The notes beneath the pieces are model-generated. The model saw nothing but the letters and a program-made list of their open reading frames with translations, made no database searches and had not been told where the DNA came from. A DNA stretch of 64,000 nt from Phoronis australis (lineage: Eukaryota > Animalia > Phoronida): assembly GCA_002633005.1 (NCBI GenBank), contig NMRA01000578.1:203408-267407 (forward strand), given 5' to 3'. The first letter of the stretch is position 1. Each line of letters opens with the position of its first letter. This document shows, piece by piece, positions 60,041-64,000 of this stretch. The position numbers and the translations under genes were made by a program.

Positions 60041-63000
60041 TCGTAAAAAATAAAGGTAACTTACAACTTCATAGAATAATGTACGTCCTCTCAAATGCGA
60101 TTAGAGGTCAAAGAAAATGCAACAATACCAATTAACTGAATAGATATCCATTGTGCATTGCTTTCAAGCTTAAAACTAAAAAAATATATGTGGGTGGCTT
60201 ATTGTTTACCCAAGGCATGTCAAAACAAAAACATAAGGTTTGACTGTGATAAAAAGCACCTGCCAAGTAGTGGGAACTGAACATGTTTCGAGCTAGTGCC
60301 GGCAGAAAAGGTCATATGAACGTGGATCCTTGATTACGTAATTTCCTGCTTAATCTCAAGATCGCGTATGCGTCAGTGATCTTGGAATTGAATATTCATT
60401 AAGGCAATAAGGTGAATTTTTTGTTCAGTGTCAATATTTTTTGCAATTATTGACCTCACCATCATCCATTTCTTCTTTACCGTAACTTGTGTCGCTGTAT
60501 CGGAGGCATCATTGAGTGGTTAAATCAATTATTGTACGGCGAATAAGGTCGCCAATAGTTGAAAGACGGTTGCCTGAAATTTACATTTTTTTATTAACAT
60601 GTAATTCGATTTAGTGCAGTGCAAATTTTTGTCAACGCGAGCGTGATTATTTGAGTGAACTAATCAAGTTCCTCGTGCATCACAAGATCACGCATACGCG
60701 ATCTTGAGATAAAGCAGAAGTCCAAGTGCACCACAGCACACGCCGTCGCAGTTATGGGCAGCCTCGTCCCCAAGCCTCAAGATGAAAATGATCGCTTTAG
60801 ACATTTGAGGCTTGGTTGTGGGAAATGTGTCAGAATCATAGACATTATTAAGTATAATGATGTCTATGGTCTGACCCATTTTACTTAAATTTATCGCCGG
60901 AACATAGGCCTAAGTTTGAAATTTTCTCCAGTTTTATTTTAATATGAAAACCAACGGTATATTGCTAGCTGCTATTTAGAATTAAATTATTAAAAAAATG
61001 ATGTATTTTGATTCGAAAAAAGATTAATTTCTATGATACTACTAATGAAAAAGAATTGCAAATAAGTACGCAAACAAAGTCCAGGCAATAACAAAACAAT
61101 GCCTTTGGTTCATGAGTCAGTGGTAGCAACGCCTGTGAAAATAATTCTGCCTTTATTTCAATGACGTCAAGGTGGCGGCAGGAGACATTTCCCATAACCA
61201 AGCCTCGAATGGCTAAATCATAGACAAGAGTTATGATTTCTTTGTTATTGGCCACTCTTTACCCTTTTGAGCATTTTCTTACACGAAAAACCGTGGTTAT
61301 CATCAGATTTTATTACTTATCGTGAAATTATGACTTTTCTAAGGTCGAGATTAACGAAATCATGTGACAATGTTTCATAATGTGAAAACTCTGACGTCCG
61401 TCGTCCGTAATCGAAGATAAAGAGGTTAAATAATAGATCGCCTAACCCGTCTCGTGACCGACCATGAAGCAATGAACATGTAATAATGTAATATTAGGAA
61501 AGGAAAGGAACCTACAACTATTTAAGAAAAGAAGCGAGCGAAGTAAGTACTTTTTTATTTGCATTGACTGTATGAGCTCAGCGTTCCACTGGCTTTATAC
61601 CAGTCTTGCTTGTCCTGGCTTTAGACAATAACCGTCTCTGGTTGAACTACAAGCGGTGAAGCTCCTATATCGGTGCTTCATCATGAGCAGGGCACCATAG
61701 TGGACTGGGGACCATAGTCTTGGTACAAAGCTGTATACTGTCTAAATTTTGACGATAGTCTTCATACAGCTAGCTGGCTGCCCAGTATGGGGGCAGTAGC
61801 CCTCCCCCCTCAGTTATTTCAGTGCATGGCACTGGGCGGCGCACCATAGCCAGGGGTAGGCAACACATTGCCCCTCGGTTGGCCGGTTAGGGGCTACCCT
61901 ACTTCCCATGGCTGCAATACTTCCCATCGCTTCCTGTACGAATTTCGTTCCGTGTATTTTAAACTTAGCTAGGTACGTGGTAGGCCAAATCCGGTCAACG
62001 ATTGAGAGTTTTCACTTCGTCAAAAAATGCATTCCAAACTTAAAACTATGACTTAAAAAAGCACTTAATTTCTTTGAACAGTGTTCCTTTCTACTTCGCA
62101 GAACTACACATATCTTATATGAAGTATAGCTATGTCGATTAAGGTAACTTTGGTGAAGAATAATATTCCAACACCACTTTTTGGTCATCGTTAACTATTG
62201 CACCACACGCGCGATAAAAACCACAAAAGTATTTCAACTGCGTCACGTGAGTTACTAGTAGGCAAAGGCTGGCGTGAGATTGAGCGAAGCGCGTGACGCA
62301 AAATATCATGGGAAAGTATCAGGTGAAATTTGTAAGAATACTGTCTCTTGTACTTTTTAGTCGATCGTCAACATGCGGCATTTCACTTAACTTCCTCAAA
62401 ATGGCACCCAGTAAGAGAAACTTGAGCAAACCACTACAGATTTTCATCGATTTGTTCAAATTATCTGAATCGTCTCCAGACTTATGGTATGTGTTGAAAT
62501 TTATTTTATATGCATGTTTCATTTGATTTTATTTCCTATATTTTGAAATTTGTAGCTTATTGAACATATCCACGAAAATCTGTCGGTTTACTCAACCTTC
62601 CCTTACTGGGTGCCACTTTGTGGAAGTTATGTGAAATCATGCGCGTTGTCTAACAAAAGTCCAAGGAACACAAATCTTACAAATTCCAATGGATAACTCC
62701 CAATCCCATGCTTCTTTTTGTAAGTGTTACCACCAGGGCCCGGTCTCCAATCTCCGTACTCAGACTCGAATCATGCTCAAACTCACACTTCATATTCAAC
62801 TCGAGTACAGACNTCGTAAAAAATAAAGGTAACTTACAACTTCATAGAATAATGTACGTCCTCTCAAATGCGATTAGAGGTCAAAGAAATTGCAACAATA
62901 CCAATTAACTGAATAGATATCCATTGTGCATTGCTTTCAAGCTTAAAACTAAAAAAATATATGTGGGTGGCTTATTGTTTACCCAAGGCATGTCAAAACA

Positions 63001-63955
63001 AAAACATAAGGTTTGATAAAAAGCACCTGCCAAGTAGTGGGAAAATCAGGATTCTCTGAACATGTTTCGAGCTAGTGCCGGCAGAAAAGGTCATATGAAC
63101 GTGGATCTTTGATTACGTAATTTCCTGCTTAATCTCAAGATCGCGTATGCGTCAGTGATCTTGGAATTGAATATTCATTAAGGCAATAAGGTGAATTTTT
63201 TGTTCAGTGTCAATATTTTTTGCTATTATTGACCTCACCATCATCCATTTCTTCTTTACTGTAACTTGTGTCGCTGTATCGGAGGCATCATTGAATGGTT
63301 AAATCAATTATTGTACGGTGAATAAGGTCGCCAATAGTTGAAAGACGGTTGCCTGAAATTTACATTTTTTTATTAACATGTAATTCGATTTAGTGCAGTG
63401 CAAATTTTTGTCAACGCGAGCGTGATTATTTGAGTGAACTAATCAAGTTCCTCGTGTATCACAAGATTACGCATACGCGATCTTGAGATTAAGCAGAAGT
63501 CCAAGTGCACGCACAGCATACGCCGTCGCACAGTTATGGGAAGCCTCGTCCCCAAGCCTCAAGATGAAAATGATCGCTTTAGACATTTGGTTGTGGGAAA
63601 TGTGTCAGAATCATATACATTATTAGGTATAATGATGTCTATGGTCTGACCCATTTTGCGTAAATTTATCGCCGGAATATAGGCCTACGTTTGAATTTTT
63701 CTCCAGTTTTATATAAATACGAAAACCAACGGTATATTGCTAGCTGCTATTTAGAATCAATTATTAGAAAAATGATGTATTTTGATTCGAAAAAAGCTTA
63801 ATTTCTATGATACTACTAATGAGAAAGAATTGCAAATAAGTACGCACACAAAGTCCAGGCTATAACCAAAACAATGCCTTTGCTTCATGAGTCAGTGGTA
63901 GCAACGCCTGTGAAAATAATTCTGCCTTTGTTTCAACTTGACGTCAAGGTGGCGG
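60041..63955 (+). repeat. ~1.14-kb high-identity direct repeat (60041-61178 and 62814-63955); the second copy begins immediately after the N at 62813
   Basis: Direct alignment shows only scattered SNPs and small indels. Confidence 0.9.
60345..60717. mobile_element. MITE with 28-bp TIR CTGCTTAATCTCAAGATCGCGTATGCGT; duplicate at ~63125-63496
   Basis: The reverse complement ACGCATACGCGATCTTGAGAT(T/A)AAGCAG lies at the other end. Confidence 0.7.
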
Positions 63956-64000
63956 TGTCGTGTCCAATAATGCATCCTGTCCAATAATGCATCCAGAGCT

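Noticed and set aside
60688-60879. Small Cys-containing ORF as another secreted peptide
   Set aside because: No credible signal peptide, it runs into a MITE TIR, and it is frameshifted in the near-identical duplicate at ~63470-63650.

Overview
AT-rich metazoan genomic DNA, probably from an invertebrate: it has spliceosomal GT-AG introns and dense DNA-transposon relics, but the taxon cannot be fixed from sequence alone. Almost all ORF-track entries are spurious or transposon-derived. Positions ~8.7-56.7 kb are a head-to-tail array of four diverged units of about 10-13.5 kb (A-D). Each unit carries one minus-strand gene with three coding exons that the ORF track misses because the exons are only 79-104 nt. 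Copies A, B and D splice (phase 1-1) into intact 88-91 aa precursors: signal peptide, short acidic propiece, a very cationic six-cysteine domain (C-x2-C-x7-C-x18/19-C-x2-C-x7-C) and a C-terminal G-R-R amidation signal. Copy C is a pseudogene with stops in two exons and its signal-peptide exon replaced by an Academ transposon fragment. I do not recognise this cysteine framework from a named family, so it is a candidate undescribed host-defence or toxin-like peptide family. The units also carry Kolobok (THAP transposase + KolX), Academ and IS3EU-like transposase relics and many MITEs. Comparing copies reveals the ends and target-site duplications (TSDs) of several of these. The 60.0-64.0 kb duplication beside an N is probably an allelic assembly overlap.
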